From the IMG/VR virus record IMGVR_UViG_3300025087_000044, positions 35,114 through 99,113 of that record: a stretch of 64,000 bases of DNA, one strand, 5' to 3'. Shown here one piece after another: positions 28,618 through 38,915 of the stretch. A program made the position numbers and the translations under genes. Within the stretch, counting starts at the first letter, position 1, and each line of letters starts with the position of its first letter. Under the pieces are notes generated by a model that saw only the letters and a list, made by a program, of their open reading frames with translations, was not told where the DNA came from and searched no databases. The DNA comes from a virus.

Positions 28618-29517
28618 ATGGAAGAAGTTGTCAATCCCAAAATAAGTACCGAGGCAAGGATAGGGTATACCGTTAAGGCAAATCAATGGAGTGCTAAAGG
28701 TGGATTGATAAGTCATCTCATGAAGACTGAGCCTGGATTTAGAGAGTTCTTTCATGAAGAGATAATGAAGAAGAGTATTCCTGTTGGAGTGTTTATTGCT
28801 AGAATGAGAGAAAAGTTTCCCAAGCTTGATGAAGAGATGTATCCGTGTGAAGCTACGGTATATAACTATAAGAGGAAGTTAAAGAAAGATTTGAATGACG
28901 ACGCTAACATTGGCCTTGCCATGAAGAGCGAGATAAAGATATTGCAGACGATGGATGGGTTTAATTTCTTCGAAGAGGTGAAAGACATCTATGATAAGAT
29001 ATGTTTTTCAGTAGATATAGCAGAGAAAGCCATTGCTCACATAGTGGATTTGATGGAGAGGACTAAGTTGCCGCCACAACCATTGTGGGATGCCTTGCTT
29101 AACATGAAGGAGTTATTGAAAGCAAGGTCAGAGCATCTTAGTGAGTTGGATAAGTTGAGTGTGAGGTTCGGACTTATGCCAGCCAGAGAAGAACGCAATA
29201 TCATTTTTGCCCAGCAGAACAACATCATGACAATGAATGACGAGCAGGTTGATGTCATGGGTAAGATTGGATTGAAAGTAGAAGATTTTGAAGACGATAA
29301 TCTTGAGAAGACTATGAGTAAAGTAATGGGATATTATTCAAAAACGTATGGAATTGGAGAACAACAATCTGGAGCAATCCTTGTTGAAGGACAGTCAGTT
29401 CAGGATGATGGACCAGAAGAAACGCTCCAACCAGATGAAGATATTGGAAATGATAGTCCAAATGGAGAAGATAAAACTGGAAGGGAAGCGGAGCCTATGG
29501 AAGAAGAGTTACTTTGA
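28618..29517 (+). CDS. putative terminase small subunit
   Basis: HTH-like N-terminus, helical; directly upstream of and overlapping TerL. Confidence 0.55.
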   Translation: MEEVVNPKISTEARIGYTVKANQWSAKGGLISHLMKTEPGFREFFHEEIMKKSIPVGVFIARMREKFPKLDEEMYPCEATVYNYKRKLKKDLNDDANIGLAMKSEIKILQTMDGFNFFEEVKDIYDKICFSVDIAEKAIAHIVDLMERTKLPPQPLWDALLNMKELLKARSEHLSELDKLSVRFGLMPAREERNIIFAQQNNIMTMNDEQVDVMGKIGLKVEDFEDDNLEKTMSKVMGYYSKTYGIGEQQSGAILVEGQSVQDDGPEETLQPDEDIGNDSPNGEDKTGREAEPMEEELL

Positions 29518-30985
29518 TTGGGTAAAGGACAACTGGTCAAGCAGGGGAAATAAGTTGGATTTCAATAATAGAAAATATCTTGAGCAGGTTTATAAAGACC
29601 AAAGCCAAGAGATTGTCTATAAGAAATCTGCTCAGGTGGGAATAACTGAAAGGATGGTGTCAGAGGCGGTATGGCTTCCGGACCAGATGCCAAACAATTC
29701 ACTTTATCTATTTCCGACTTCGACTACCATGTCAGACTTGGTTCAGGAGCGTGTGGATATGCCATTGAACAACTCTGATTTCTTGCGAGAGATTTCAGCA
29801 AGAGCCAAGAAGTTAATGGGCAAGCAGGCGGACAACGTGGGATTGAAGCGGATGTCCAAAGGCTATATCTATTTCAGAGGAAGCAATAGTCCTGCAATGA
29901 TTACCTCTGTTTCAGCTGATGCCATATTCGTTGATGAGCTGGACAGGATGACAATGGAGAACGTTCCTTATTTTGATAAACGGTTATTGAATTCCGATTT
30001 AAAATGGAAGCGTTGGGCAAGCACACCAACCGTTCCAGGTTACGGGATAGACAAGAAATGGATGGAAAGCGACCAGCATATTTATCTGGTTAAGTGCAGC
30101 CATTGCAATGAGATTCAAGAACTTACATTCTGGGATAATGTTGACGATGTTAATGAAACGGTTATCTGCAAGCGATGTCATAACATTATCATTCCATGGA
30201 CGTTGAGCGGTGAATGGGTCAAGACCAAGGAGTCAGAGGTTAGAGGATATTACATCAACCAACTTTATTCGCCTAAACTTGATTTGCATGACATGATTAA
30301 GGCTTCAATAAAGACTTCCGATTCAGATGTACAGCAATTTTACAATCAGAACTTAGGTCTTCCGTACGAGCCTAAAGGAGCAAAGTTGAACAATGCTGAT
30401 ATCCAGAGTTGTATCAGAGATTATGTTTATCCAGCCAACGAAGAAACTGAATTTATCGGGATTGATGTAGGTAAGGTGTTTCATGTTGTGGTGTTGGGAG
30501 TTAATCGGTTCTTGGATGCACAGTCGTTTAGGACAAAAGAAGAACTGATAAACTTCCTTTCGGGTAGGAATTTCAAAGGAATGGTAATTGACGCATTGCC
30601 CGAGACCAGAGTTTCACAAGAGGTTGTAAGTTCATTCTCAGGCCGAGCACATTATTGTTTCTATGCTTTTTCAAAACCAAGTACTGATGAATGGTGGAAG
30701 GTTGATGAGGACAAGGTGGGTACGGACAGGACTTTATCATTAGACGTTCTATTCAACCGTATTAAGACGCAAGACTTAGAGATGCCCAAGAACATCTTGG
30801 AGCATACTGAATTCATTGCTCACTTAAAGTCAACGTCAAGGATAGTTGATATGGAAGGTTCAAAACCCGTGGTTGAGTATAAAGAAACAAGTGCCGACCA
30901 TTATCTGCACGCCATGAATTATGCCAATTTGGCAAAAGACATATTCGAAAAGACTAATTCAGAACCTGTAATAATGTTCATATAG
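29348..30985 (+). CDS. terL: terminase large subunit (GpA-like)
   Basis: KSAQVGITE Walker A, FVDELD Walker B, ASTPT, zinc ribbon, GIDVG...DHYLHA nuclease. Confidence 0.92.
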   Translation: MELENNNLEQSLLKDSQFRMMDQKKRSNQMKILEMIVQMEKIKLEGKRSLWKKSYFDWVKDNWSSRGNKLDFNNRKYLEQVYKDQSQEIVYKKSAQVGITERMVSEAVWLPDQMPNNSLYLFPTSTTMSDLVQERVDMPLNNSDFLREISARAKKLMGKQADNVGLKRMSKGYIYFRGSNSPAMITSVSADAIFVDELDRMTMENVPYFDKRLLNSDLKWKRWASTPTVPGYGIDKKWMESDQHIYLVKCSHCNEIQELTFWDNVDDVNETVICKRCHNIIIPWTLSGEWVKTKESEVRGYYINQLYSPKLDLHDMIKASIKTSDSDVQQFYNQNLGLPYEPKGAKLNNADIQSCIRDYVYPANEETEFIGIDVGKVFHVVVLGVNRFLDAQSFRTKEELINFLSGRNFKGMVIDALPETRVSQEVVSSFSGRAHYCFYAFSKPSTDEWWKVDEDKVGTDRTLSLDVLFNRIKTQDLEMPKNILEHTEFIAHLKSTSRIVDMEGSKPVVEYKETSADHYLHAMNYANLAKDIFEKTNSEPVIMFI

Positions 30986-30986
30986 T

Positions 30987-31292
30987 ATGATTAGAGAAAA
31001 AGAGATAGTTTCATCAGTTTCAAAAGCATTGAATGTCCAAGAACGTCTCGTGAAGCGTGTCTTGTCCGAGGTTAAAGAAGAGATAATCAAAGGACTTGAG
31101 AGTGACGAGAAAGTAAGGATTGTAGGACTTGGAACATTCAGAGTTAGTGTAAGCAAGAAGAGGATGGTATTGGACTTGCGGTCAAAGCAACGTATTTCAG
31201 TCAATCCCAAGAATCTTGTTAAGTTTTATCCGTCTATAGTGCTTAAACGAAAATTCGGGCTTTTAAAGCCATTCAAGCGTCCAAACACATAA
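30987..31292 (+). CDS. HU/IHF-like DNA-binding protein
   Basis: KVRIVGLGTF...VKFYPSIVLK. Confidence 0.8.
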   Translation: MIREKEIVSSVSKALNVQERLVKRVLSEVKEEIIKGLESDEKVRIVGLGTFRVSVSKKRMVLDLRSKQRISVNPKNLVKFYPSIVLKRKFGLLKPFKRPNT

Positions 31293-31631
31293 ACCCTAAC
31301 ATTATCATTCAAGAGGCCTTAAAACGCAAAATCAGGCCTCACAGCACCATTTAAACCTATGAAACCAACACCTAAAAAGATTAAACGGTTAAAAGGATTG
31401 AAGAAAGCCAAAAATGTTTGGCATAACAACATTCCAGTTGCAAAGAGTTTCGGGCTTCCTGCTCCTACTGTTTCGAGAAAGATTCAAACTAAAAAGAAGT
31501 CAGTTTAATTATGTCTTTAAGAAAAGTGTTTATTCCGTGGAACAAGGGACTGAAAACTGGTGCTTAAGTTGTCATATAAAAACAAACAAGAATAGAGATT
31601 GTTGGAAGGATTATTTTAACAAAATGTTGTT

Positions 31632-32249
31632 ATGCGTATAGAAACATCTTGGGACGACGGGACTAAGACTGACATAAGATTGGCAGAACTTCTTTTGAAG
31701 TACGATATTCCTGCCATTTTCTTTATTCCGAGCAATCATGAGTTGACAATTGAGCAGATTAAATGGCTTGATAAGAGCGGATTTGAGATAGGGGGACACA
31801 CAGTACATCACTTTCATGACCTGAAGTTAAGGCCAACTGATGTGATTTTCCATGAGATTTACGATAATAAGTTAGACCTTGAGCAGATTCTTGGGAAAGA
31901 GTTGCGGTGGTTCTGTTATCCCCGAGGAAGACATAGCGACCAGACTGATTTATTGGTTGAGGGTTGTGGATACAAGTATGCAAGGACTACTGTCGTAGGA
32001 GTAACAGATGCAAGGTCTAGCTTTGTTAAGCATACTTCAGTCCATGTGTTTGATGGCAGGGAAGAGTATAAGCCAGAGAGTGATTGGTTGGAATATGCCA
32101 AACGAATATTTCTTGAAGCTAGGAACCGTGGTGCTGGCGTGTTTCATTTGTGGGGTCACTCACGAGAAGTTGAAAAATGGTCGCAATGGTCGCGACTTGA
32201 GGAGTTCTTTATTTGGATGAAAGCAAACTGTTTTAATGATGAGGCATAA
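31632..32249 (+). CDS. polysaccharide deacetylase (NodB/CE4)
   Basis: TSWDDG, EIGGHTVHH, FCYPRG, HLWGH. Confidence 0.9.
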   Translation: MRIETSWDDGTKTDIRLAELLLKYDIPAIFFIPSNHELTIEQIKWLDKSGFEIGGHTVHHFHDLKLRPTDVIFHEIYDNKLDLEQILGKELRWFCYPRGRHSDQTDLLVEGCGYKYARTTVVGVTDARSSFVKHTSVHVFDGREEYKPESDWLEYAKRIFLEARNRGAGVFHLWGHSREVEKWSQWSRLEEFFIWMKANCFNDEA

Positions 32250-32382
32250 ACCTTTTCCTGAAATGCTTGTCATTCGGGAGAGAACGAGGGGCTTTGCCTC
32301 TGCGTGCTGGCGTAACTGCCTTTGGGTAATGCCCAACAACAAATACGCCCCTCGTCATTAGAACGGTTAAATAAATTTATTT

Positions 32383-33249
32383 ATGAATATCTATTTACCA
32401 AACACGTCTAAGATGGACCTTGGCGGTGGCTGGACATTTCGACGCGGACTAATCAAAGCCTCTAAAGACGCAGGTTTTAATATCGTAAACACTTGGAAAG
32501 AGTGTGATGTGATTCTTATTACTGGAGCAACCATGACTGACAGGTCTGAGATGCAGGAGGCTAAGAAGAATGGTAAAAAGATTTTCTTTCGGATAGACAA
32601 CATGCCTAAAGATTCCAACAACAGAGGAACAGCATTTTCAAGAATGAGGGATTTCTCTCTGATTGCAGATGGATTTATTTTTCAGAGTGAGTGGGCAAAG
32701 GATTATGTGGGACATTGGATTAACTGGACTGTCAAGGCTCCCAATTTTTATAACAACAAAGTTATCTATAACGGAGTTGATTCCGATTATTTCTTTTGTA
32801 ATGACAATCCTGAAGAACGCAAGGGTAATAAGTATCTGTACGTCAGATATAACCGTGACGAGAACAAACGATTTCCCGAAGCGGCTATGGATTTCTATAA
32901 AGTTGCCAGAAAATATAAAGATGTAGAGTTTGTAATAGTTGGTAAGTTCAGTCAAGAGAACATGGATTACAACTTTGATTTTTTTAATGGAGAGGAGATA
33001 AGTTATATTCCGCCAGTAGAAGACCCAGCAGTAATGGGAACAATCATGCGTCAGTGCAAGTATCTGTATTTCCCCGCCTATGCAGATGCTTCACCAAATT
33101 CTTTGGCGGAGGGAATGGCCTGCGGATTGAAACCATTACTTATCAATCCTGAAGGAGGTTCAGTTGAAGTTGAGAAGTTGTGGAGTAATGGCAACAAATA
33201 CAGTATTCACGATATGGCTAAAGATTATTTTAATTTTATAAATAACTAA
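32383..33249 (+). CDS. GT4 glycosyltransferase
   Basis: IYNGVD; DASPNSLAEGMACG. Confidence 0.85.
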   Translation: MNIYLPNTSKMDLGGGWTFRRGLIKASKDAGFNIVNTWKECDVILITGATMTDRSEMQEAKKNGKKIFFRIDNMPKDSNNRGTAFSRMRDFSLIADGFIFQSEWAKDYVGHWINWTVKAPNFYNNKVIYNGVDSDYFFCNDNPEERKGNKYLYVRYNRDENKRFPEAAMDFYKVARKYKDVEFVIVGKFSQENMDYNFDFFNGEEISYIPPVEDPAVMGTIMRQCKYLYFPAYADASPNSLAEGMACGLKPLLINPEGGSVEVEKLWSNGNKYSIHDMAKDYFNFINN

Positions 33250-33257
33250 ACAAATCT

Positions 33258-33734
33258 ATGGGAACTGATTTCGTGTTGAAAGAGTATCTGTTGGAGCATT
33301 TTAACAAAGTGTATGGCGAGGTAATTGATGAGATTCTTTTAAGCCTCATTAAGTTTGAGTCAATTAAGGATTATTCTGCATCGGTCAATGCTGAGATTTT
33401 GGCTTATGACGAAGTTGCATTGAGGGCCGACTTGAAAGCGGTATCGGATGAGTTTGATGTAGTCAAGGCTGAGTACGATGAGAAGATTAAGAATGATTCA
33501 TTGACTGAGGAAGAGAAAGTTAAGTACATGGAATTGAATGGGAAAAAAGAGGAATTGAACAACAAGATTGATTCTCTTTTGAGGGCGCGTTCGATTGCAG
33601 ATAAAAACTTGCGGAACATCAGCGAGCAGATGTTTCATTTTAGGAGTGTCATTGGACTATATGACAAGATGTCTTTGTTGTTGGTTGAGGACAATAAAGA
33701 AGAGGCTGCCGAAGAAACTGCTAAAGTTGAATAA
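33258..33734 (+). CDS. coiled-coil hypothetical protein
   Basis: heptad-rich 158-aa ORF. Confidence 0.6.
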   Translation: MGTDFVLKEYLLEHFNKVYGEVIDEILLSLIKFESIKDYSASVNAEILAYDEVALRADLKAVSDEFDVVKAEYDEKIKNDSLTEEEKVKYMELNGKKEELNNKIDSLLRARSIADKNLRNISEQMFHFRSVIGLYDKMSLLLVEDNKEEAAEETAKVE

Positions 33735-33737
33735 AAT

Positions 33738-34592
33738 ATGCTCATGGTTACGGGAAATTTGGGATTTATCGGAATGCACCTCGCTTCTGAATTAAAGAAG
33801 CGAGGCATTCTGTTTGTCGGCTATGATTTAGCTGACGGGAACGATATAAGAGATTCTCAAAATCTTGATGCGTTCTTTGAAAGAAATCAAATCACTCACG
33901 TTATTCACATGGCGGCTCTGGCTGGAGTAAGGAGAGGTGAAGAGTATCCAGATGATTATATCTCCACTAATATCAAAGGAACGCTAAATGTAGTAAGGAT
34001 GTGCGAGAAGTATAAGATTAAACATCTTGTTTCGTTTTCCAGTTCATCTGTTTATGGAAACGGAAATCCGCCCATATCAGAAGACCACCCTAAAAATCCA
34101 GTAAGTATTTATGGAATGACTAAGTTGATGGGTGAGAAGTTAGTTGAAAACGCTAAGATTGCACAAAAGACAATAGTTATTCCATTTACTGTCTATGGAG
34201 AGAACGGCCGTAAAGATGAAGTAATCTATAAATGGTTGGAACAACACAAGAATGGGCTTCCCATTACTATTTATGGAGACGGTGAGTCCATTCGCGGATA
34301 TGTTAATGTCCATGACTTAGTGGAAACTGTAGTTAAGCTTGTTGAGGAATACGAAGGTAAGTGGAGTTGCGAGAGTTTTAATCTTGGCGGAAATGAGCAA
34401 GTGAGATTGGCTGAACTGTTTAGTGTATTCACGGATAACATAAAAGGTTTAAAGTGGGTAATGCTTGACATGCCGGCCAGCGATGTAGTGTGTAATTACG
34501 CAGATACGAGAAAAGCATATAATGTTCTTGGATTCAGGCCTAGATTGATGTTTTACGAGAATGTTAAAAAAATAATCAAAAGAGAATTATGA
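33738..34592 (+). CDS. NAD-dependent epimerase/dehydratase
   Basis: TGNLGFIG, SSSSVYG, YGMTK. Confidence 0.9.
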   Translation: MLMVTGNLGFIGMHLASELKKRGILFVGYDLADGNDIRDSQNLDAFFERNQITHVIHMAALAGVRRGEEYPDDYISTNIKGTLNVVRMCEKYKIKHLVSFSSSSVYGNGNPPISEDHPKNPVSIYGMTKLMGEKLVENAKIAQKTIVIPFTVYGENGRKDEVIYKWLEQHKNGLPITIYGDGESIRGYVNVHDLVETVVKLVEEYEGKWSCESFNLGGNEQVRLAELFSVFTDNIKGLKWVMLDMPASDVVCNYADTRKAYNVLGFRPRLMFYENVKKIIKREL

Positions 34593-34792
34593 CAAAGTCA
34601 CAAATCAATAAAATAACAAAGGTTTTTAATCCGAGTTATAACGAAGTTACTGAGATGTATGAGTTCTGCTTGAATGTTGAATTCAAACTTACTAATGAAT
34701 TTTTCAAGAAAGCTGACTATGATAAAGTCATTGCACTAATTAAGAAGATAGTTGCTACCGGAATAAAAGAAGAATTTAATAAAATAAAATAA
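34589..34792 (+). CDS. hypothetical protein
   Basis: ATGA-coupled ORF. Confidence 0.5.
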   Translation: MTKSQINKITKVFNPSYNEVTEMYEFCLNVEFKLTNEFFKKADYDKVIALIKKIVATGIKEEFNKIK

Positions 34793-34796
34793 TTTT

Positions 34797-36734
34797 ATGA
34801 AACCAACAATAGGATTCGTAGGGCAAGGGTTCATAGGTTCAGCTTACTCTGATGACTTTGAAAGGAGGGGGTATAAAGTCATCAGATATAGTTTAGATAA
34901 GTTTGTTGAAAACAAGGAAAAGATTGCTGAGTGCGATATTACGTTTATTGCAGTCCCTACGCCCTCAACTCCTGACGGGTTTGATTATTCCATAGTTGAG
35001 AACGTGTTGCAGCTTATCGGTAAAGAAAAGATTGCTGTCATAAAGTCAACTGTTCTGCCGGGAACTACTGAAAAACTGCAAGAAAAGTATCCTGATATTT
35101 ACTTGTTTCATTCGCCAGAGTTTTTGACTGAAAAGACTGCTATTTATGACGCAGCCAATCCTGCAAGAAACATAGTTGGATATACCGAGAAATCATTTTC
35201 CAAATCACAGAATGTAATGAATGTATTGCCTCCTGCTCCATTTGAATCAATCGTTCCTGTTAAAGAGGCTGAACTAGTAAAGTATGCAGGAAACTGCTGG
35301 TTCTATTTTAAGATTGTGTTTATGAATACTGTTTATGATTTGAGCCAAAAGTTAGGTATTGATTACGAGAGCGTTATCAACATGATGGCAGCTGACAAGC
35401 GAATAGGCAGAAGTCATCTTGACGTTGTCCATCAGGGTGGCAGAGGAGCAGGTGGCCGCTGTTTATTGCCGGACACTAAAATAATTACAGAAAAAGGAAT
35501 TAAAAACATTTGTGATATTGAAATTGGCGAGAGAGTGCTGACTCACACTGGAGTATTTAAAAAGGTAATCAATACTTCAAAAAGAGAAATCAATGAATTG
35601 ATAAATGTAATTAAGTGTCAGGGTACTCAGCCGTTTTATGTGACAAATGAGCACCCTGTATTTTCAGCTTTATCGAATAGAAAATATTGTGGTGTTAAAA
35701 AAAGAAAATTAACTAATGGAAACAAAGACAAGATAAAGTTAGATTTTAATTTATCAGAAAGTCTTAGTATTGGAGACTATATTTGTTTCCCAAAGTTTGT
35801 TCAAAAATCAGTTAGTTTTAAGATAGATGGATTAGAATTAAAATCAGAGCAAGATAAACTAGATTTTATGAGATTGGCTGGGTATTATATAGCTGAAGGT
35901 TGCAATGACAGAAAAAGAGTTAGTTTTGGGTTTAATATAAACGAGGTTGAGTATCACAAAGATGTTACTGGCATAATAAAGAGACTATTTGATTATGATG
36001 CGTGCATCAATAAAGATGTTAAACGTCACCAATATAATATAAGAATCAATTCTGTTAAAATGTCTAAAATGTTTCGAGATTTGTTCGATAGACTTTCTCA
36101 AAATATACACATACCAAACGAATGGCTATTGTTTGAAGATAAGTATCTTAAAGAATTGTTGAGAGGCTATTTTAGGGGAGATGGAAGTTTTAGTAAAAAC
36201 GTTTTTACTTCTGCCACTATATCATTTAAGCTTGACGAGCAACTAAGGTTCTTGCTTTATCGTTTTGGGATAGTTTACAATTCTCATCACAAGAATGAAA
36301 AGGTTGACAAGAATGGACTGTGTCATAAAAAATCTTATTATATTTGTGTTAGCAGTATAGATGAAACTCAGAAGATAGCAGATATTACTGGTTATGATTT
36401 TGTAAAAGATGTTAAACTGATTAGGCATACTGCTTTTGTTAAGGATAATTATTTGCTTAGGTCTATCAGAGAGATAGAAAAAATTAAATATACTGGTTTG
36501 GTTTATAATCTTGAAGTAGAAGGTGATAATTCCTACGTTGGACTAGATGGAGTTTGGCACAATTGCTTCGTCAAGGATATGGCAGCGTATGCAGAGATGT
36601 ATGAGGAGTATGTTGGCGAAGACATGATGGGCAATGATTTGCTTATTATAATCCAGCAAAAGAACATAGAATTGTTGCGTTCTTCTGGTAAGGATTTGGA
36701 TTTGGTTAATGGAGTTTACGGAGAAAAAATATGA
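34797..36734 (+). CDS. ugd: short UDP-glucose/GDP-mannose dehydrogenase with intein
   Basis: GQGFIG, FIAVPTP, KSTVLPGTT, SPEFL, AELVKY.GN, GAGGR//CFVKD. Confidence 0.9.
   Translation: MKPTIGFVGQGFIGSAYSDDFERRGYKVIRYSLDKFVENKEKIAECDITFIAVPTPSTPDGFDYSIVENVLQLIGKEKIAVIKSTVLPGTTEKLQEKYPDIYLFHSPEFLTEKTAIYDAANPARNIVGYTEKSFSKSQNVMNVLPPAPFESIVPVKEAELVKYAGNCWFYFKIVFMNTVYDLSQKLGIDYESVINMMAADKRIGRSHLDVVHQGGRGAGGRCLLPDTKIITEKGIKNICDIEIGERVLTHTGVFKKVINTSKREINELINVIKCQGTQPFYVTNEHPVFSALSNRKYCGVKKRKLTNGNKDKIKLDFNLSESLSIGDYICFPKFVQKSVSFKIDGLELKSEQDKLDFMRLAGYYIAEGCNDRKRVSFGFNINEVEYHKDVTGIIKRLFDYDACINKDVKRHQYNIRINSVKMSKMFRDLFDRLSQNIHIPNEWLLFEDKYLKELLRGYFRGDGSFSKNVFTSATISFKLDEQLRFLLYRFGIVYNSHHKNEKVDKNGLCHKKSYYICVSSIDETQKIADITGYDFVKDVKLIRHTAFVKDNYLLRSIREIEKIKYTGLVYNLEVEGDNSYVGLDGVWHNCFVKDMAAYAEMYEEYVGEDMMGNDLLIIIQQKNIELLRSSGKDLDLVNGVYGEKI
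35460..36563 (+). mobile_element. 368-aa intein with LAGLIDADG endonuclease
   Basis: CLLPDT...TNEHP...LAGYYIAEG...LRGYFRGDG...VYNLEVEGDNSY...WHN|C. Confidence 0.92.
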
Positions 36735-37696
36735 GCAACGAATATAAGCCAAAGATTTCAGCTTTCTGCTTGACAACAAACTCATTGTCAAATGGTTATC
36801 CTGTTATGGAAAGCATAAGAAGTTGGCTCCCAGTATTGGATGAGCTTATTGTTATTGATGGCGGTTCAACCGATGATACAATCAAAGAGATAAACAAGAT
36901 AGGAGACAGTAAGATTAAAATCATCTGCGATTCTGAAACTTTATGGGAAGATGACTGGATTTATTCAAGAATGGGAAAGAACTTCAATCGAGGGTTGCAA
37001 GAATGTACTGGAGATATTGTAATCAAGTTCGATATTGATTATGTGCTTCACGAGAATGGCACACTCCCTAAGTATTTCAGGGGCAGTTGTTATAACTTTG
37101 CCAATAACAGTTCTCAGGTAGCACTTGCAGTTACTAGATTGAATTTTGTTCTTGCTGACAGGTACTTTGTTAAGTCTGAAAGAACGTTGGGGATAGACAG
37201 AAGAAAGTTGGAACACGCCTCTGGAGTGAAGGTTGTGTTCGGAATGGATACGGAAAGATGGGGATTCGGGTATGACTTCATAGTCCCTAAATTTGAAGAG
37301 AATGGGATATGGTTTGGAGATATGATAAGGAATAGTGGAAACCAGTGCGTTCCCAAGGGCGGGGCCGTGTATAATTATGACAATGTATTCTCAACGATTG
37401 AAGAGGTTAAACGTAAAAGATTAAAGCATTACAAGGCTGAGTTAAGACAACGTGATTTAAAGTATAATAATGCAAGCGTGTCTTCAGGCGTACATACTTA
37501 TCAGCAAGTATGCGATAACAATGATTTTGCATGGGAGCATTATGAGAATATGTGTCTAGCTAATTTAAGACGAGGACAGACTAGGATGGCTATAGCTGAA
37601 CACCCTAAAGTTATTCAAGATTCACTCATTAAGCTTTCTCACAAATGCCAAGGTTATGATTTCTTTGGAAGAGCAGAGAAAGCAAGTTATTACTAA
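36731..37696 (+). CDS. GT2 glycosyltransferase
   Basis: IDGGSTDDT; FDID. Confidence 0.85.
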   Translation: MSNEYKPKISAFCLTTNSLSNGYPVMESIRSWLPVLDELIVIDGGSTDDTIKEINKIGDSKIKIICDSETLWEDDWIYSRMGKNFNRGLQECTGDIVIKFDIDYVLHENGTLPKYFRGSCYNFANNSSQVALAVTRLNFVLADRYFVKSERTLGIDRRKLEHASGVKVVFGMDTERWGFGYDFIVPKFEENGIWFGDMIRNSGNQCVPKGGAVYNYDNVFSTIEEVKRKRLKHYKAELRQRDLKYNNASVSSGVHTYQQVCDNNDFAWEHYENMCLANLRRGQTRMAIAEHPKVIQDSLIKLSHKCQGYDFFGRAEKASYY

Positions 37697-37698
37697 AT

Positions 37699-38286
37699 AT
37701 GTCAAGCGTTTCGAGAGTTCAACTTGAATCATGGTTACGTACTATTGACGTAAAGTGCAATAGATTGCTTGATATTGGTGGAAGTCAGAATGAGATTAAG
37801 GGAAGAACTATGAGTTGGGATGTAGGTGATTATGTTATTCATGATTTGCAAATTCCTCACGAGAACAAGATTTCTCCAAGTTTAATGTTTGATTTGAATT
37901 ATGAAATTGAAAATTTAGAGTTGTTAGATTCTTGTGATTTTGATATTGCTTTTATGATAGAGGTATTGGAATATGTATGGAATCCGGTACAGGCATTCAA
38001 GACTATAAACAAGATGATGAGAATGAATGGCCTATTGTATCTATCTTCTCATTTTGTTTATAAGTGTCATCCACCCGAGGGATTAGATTGTTTAAGATAT
38101 ACTCCATTCGGAATAGAGAAGATTCTCTCAGAAACAGGATTTTCCATTATAGATAAGATTGACAGGATATCAGATACCGGCTTGCTTTCAGCTTTTTATC
38201 AAGGTGATAGGATGAGAGGGAAAACTGACGTTGATGACAATGTTACTGGTTCACTTATTAAATGCGTTAAGATAAGAAATTTATGA
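37699..38286 (+). CDS. SAM-dependent methyltransferase
   Basis: LLDIGG; EVLEYVWNP. Confidence 0.8.
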   Translation: MSSVSRVQLESWLRTIDVKCNRLLDIGGSQNEIKGRTMSWDVGDYVIHDLQIPHENKISPSLMFDLNYEIENLELLDSCDFDIAFMIEVLEYVWNPVQAFKTINKMMRMNGLLYLSSHFVYKCHPPEGLDCLRYTPFGIEKILSETGFSIIDKIDRISDTGLLSAFYQGDRMRGKTDVDDNVTGSLIKCVKIRNL

Positions 38287-38915
38287 GTGATTTAATTCCA
38301 AAAGAAGTGTGGGCTTCACGAGATAAGGCAAGTGCATGGATTGATAGGGCTGAGAAGATAAAAAACAGTATTCCCGAAGACGTGAATACTGATATTCAGT
38401 CAATCCATTCTTTTATAGACGATGTAAGGAAATGTGATTTTAAATCTTTTCTTGAAGTTGGAGCAGGAAATGGAAGGTTGATTGGCTCTTTATCGAAAAA
38501 GTTAAGGAAACGAGAGTTTGCGTCCATTGATATAAATCCTTATTTGTCAGAGTATGTTTCCACTAAATATCAGAGAGTTGATTCTTATGTGGGAGACGTG
38601 ATTAAACTTCCTTTTGATAATGATACGTTTGATTTAGTTTATACTTATCAGGTGTTACAGCACGTTCCGCCTTCCGATGTTAATACTGCATTGCATGAAA
38701 TGATAAGAGTGTGCAAGAAGGAAGTATGGATAATGGAGGGACATGACCCTGAGTATAGCCATTGTATGAATGGATTCATGAGAAAAGGAACTGATGGAGG
38801 GACATTCGTTTATCGGTTCGATGAGATGGTTTCTTGCTACGAGACATCGATTCCTAGTTCAGAAAAATTAAAGGACATGGGCGTTAAGTTATATAAAATT
38901 AAAAAATATGCTTAA
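38283..38915 (+). CDS. SAM-dependent methyltransferase (type 11)
   Basis: LEVGAGNG; LPFDNDTFDLV...VLQH. Confidence 0.85.
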   Translation: MSDLIPKEVWASRDKASAWIDRAEKIKNSIPEDVNTDIQSIHSFIDDVRKCDFKSFLEVGAGNGRLIGSLSKKLRKREFASIDINPYLSEYVSTKYQRVDSYVGDVIKLPFDNDTFDLVYTYQVLQHVPPSDVNTALHEMIRVCKKEVWIMEGHDPEYSHCMNGFMRKGTDGGTFVYRFDEMVSCYETSIPSSEKLKDMGVKLYKIKKYA

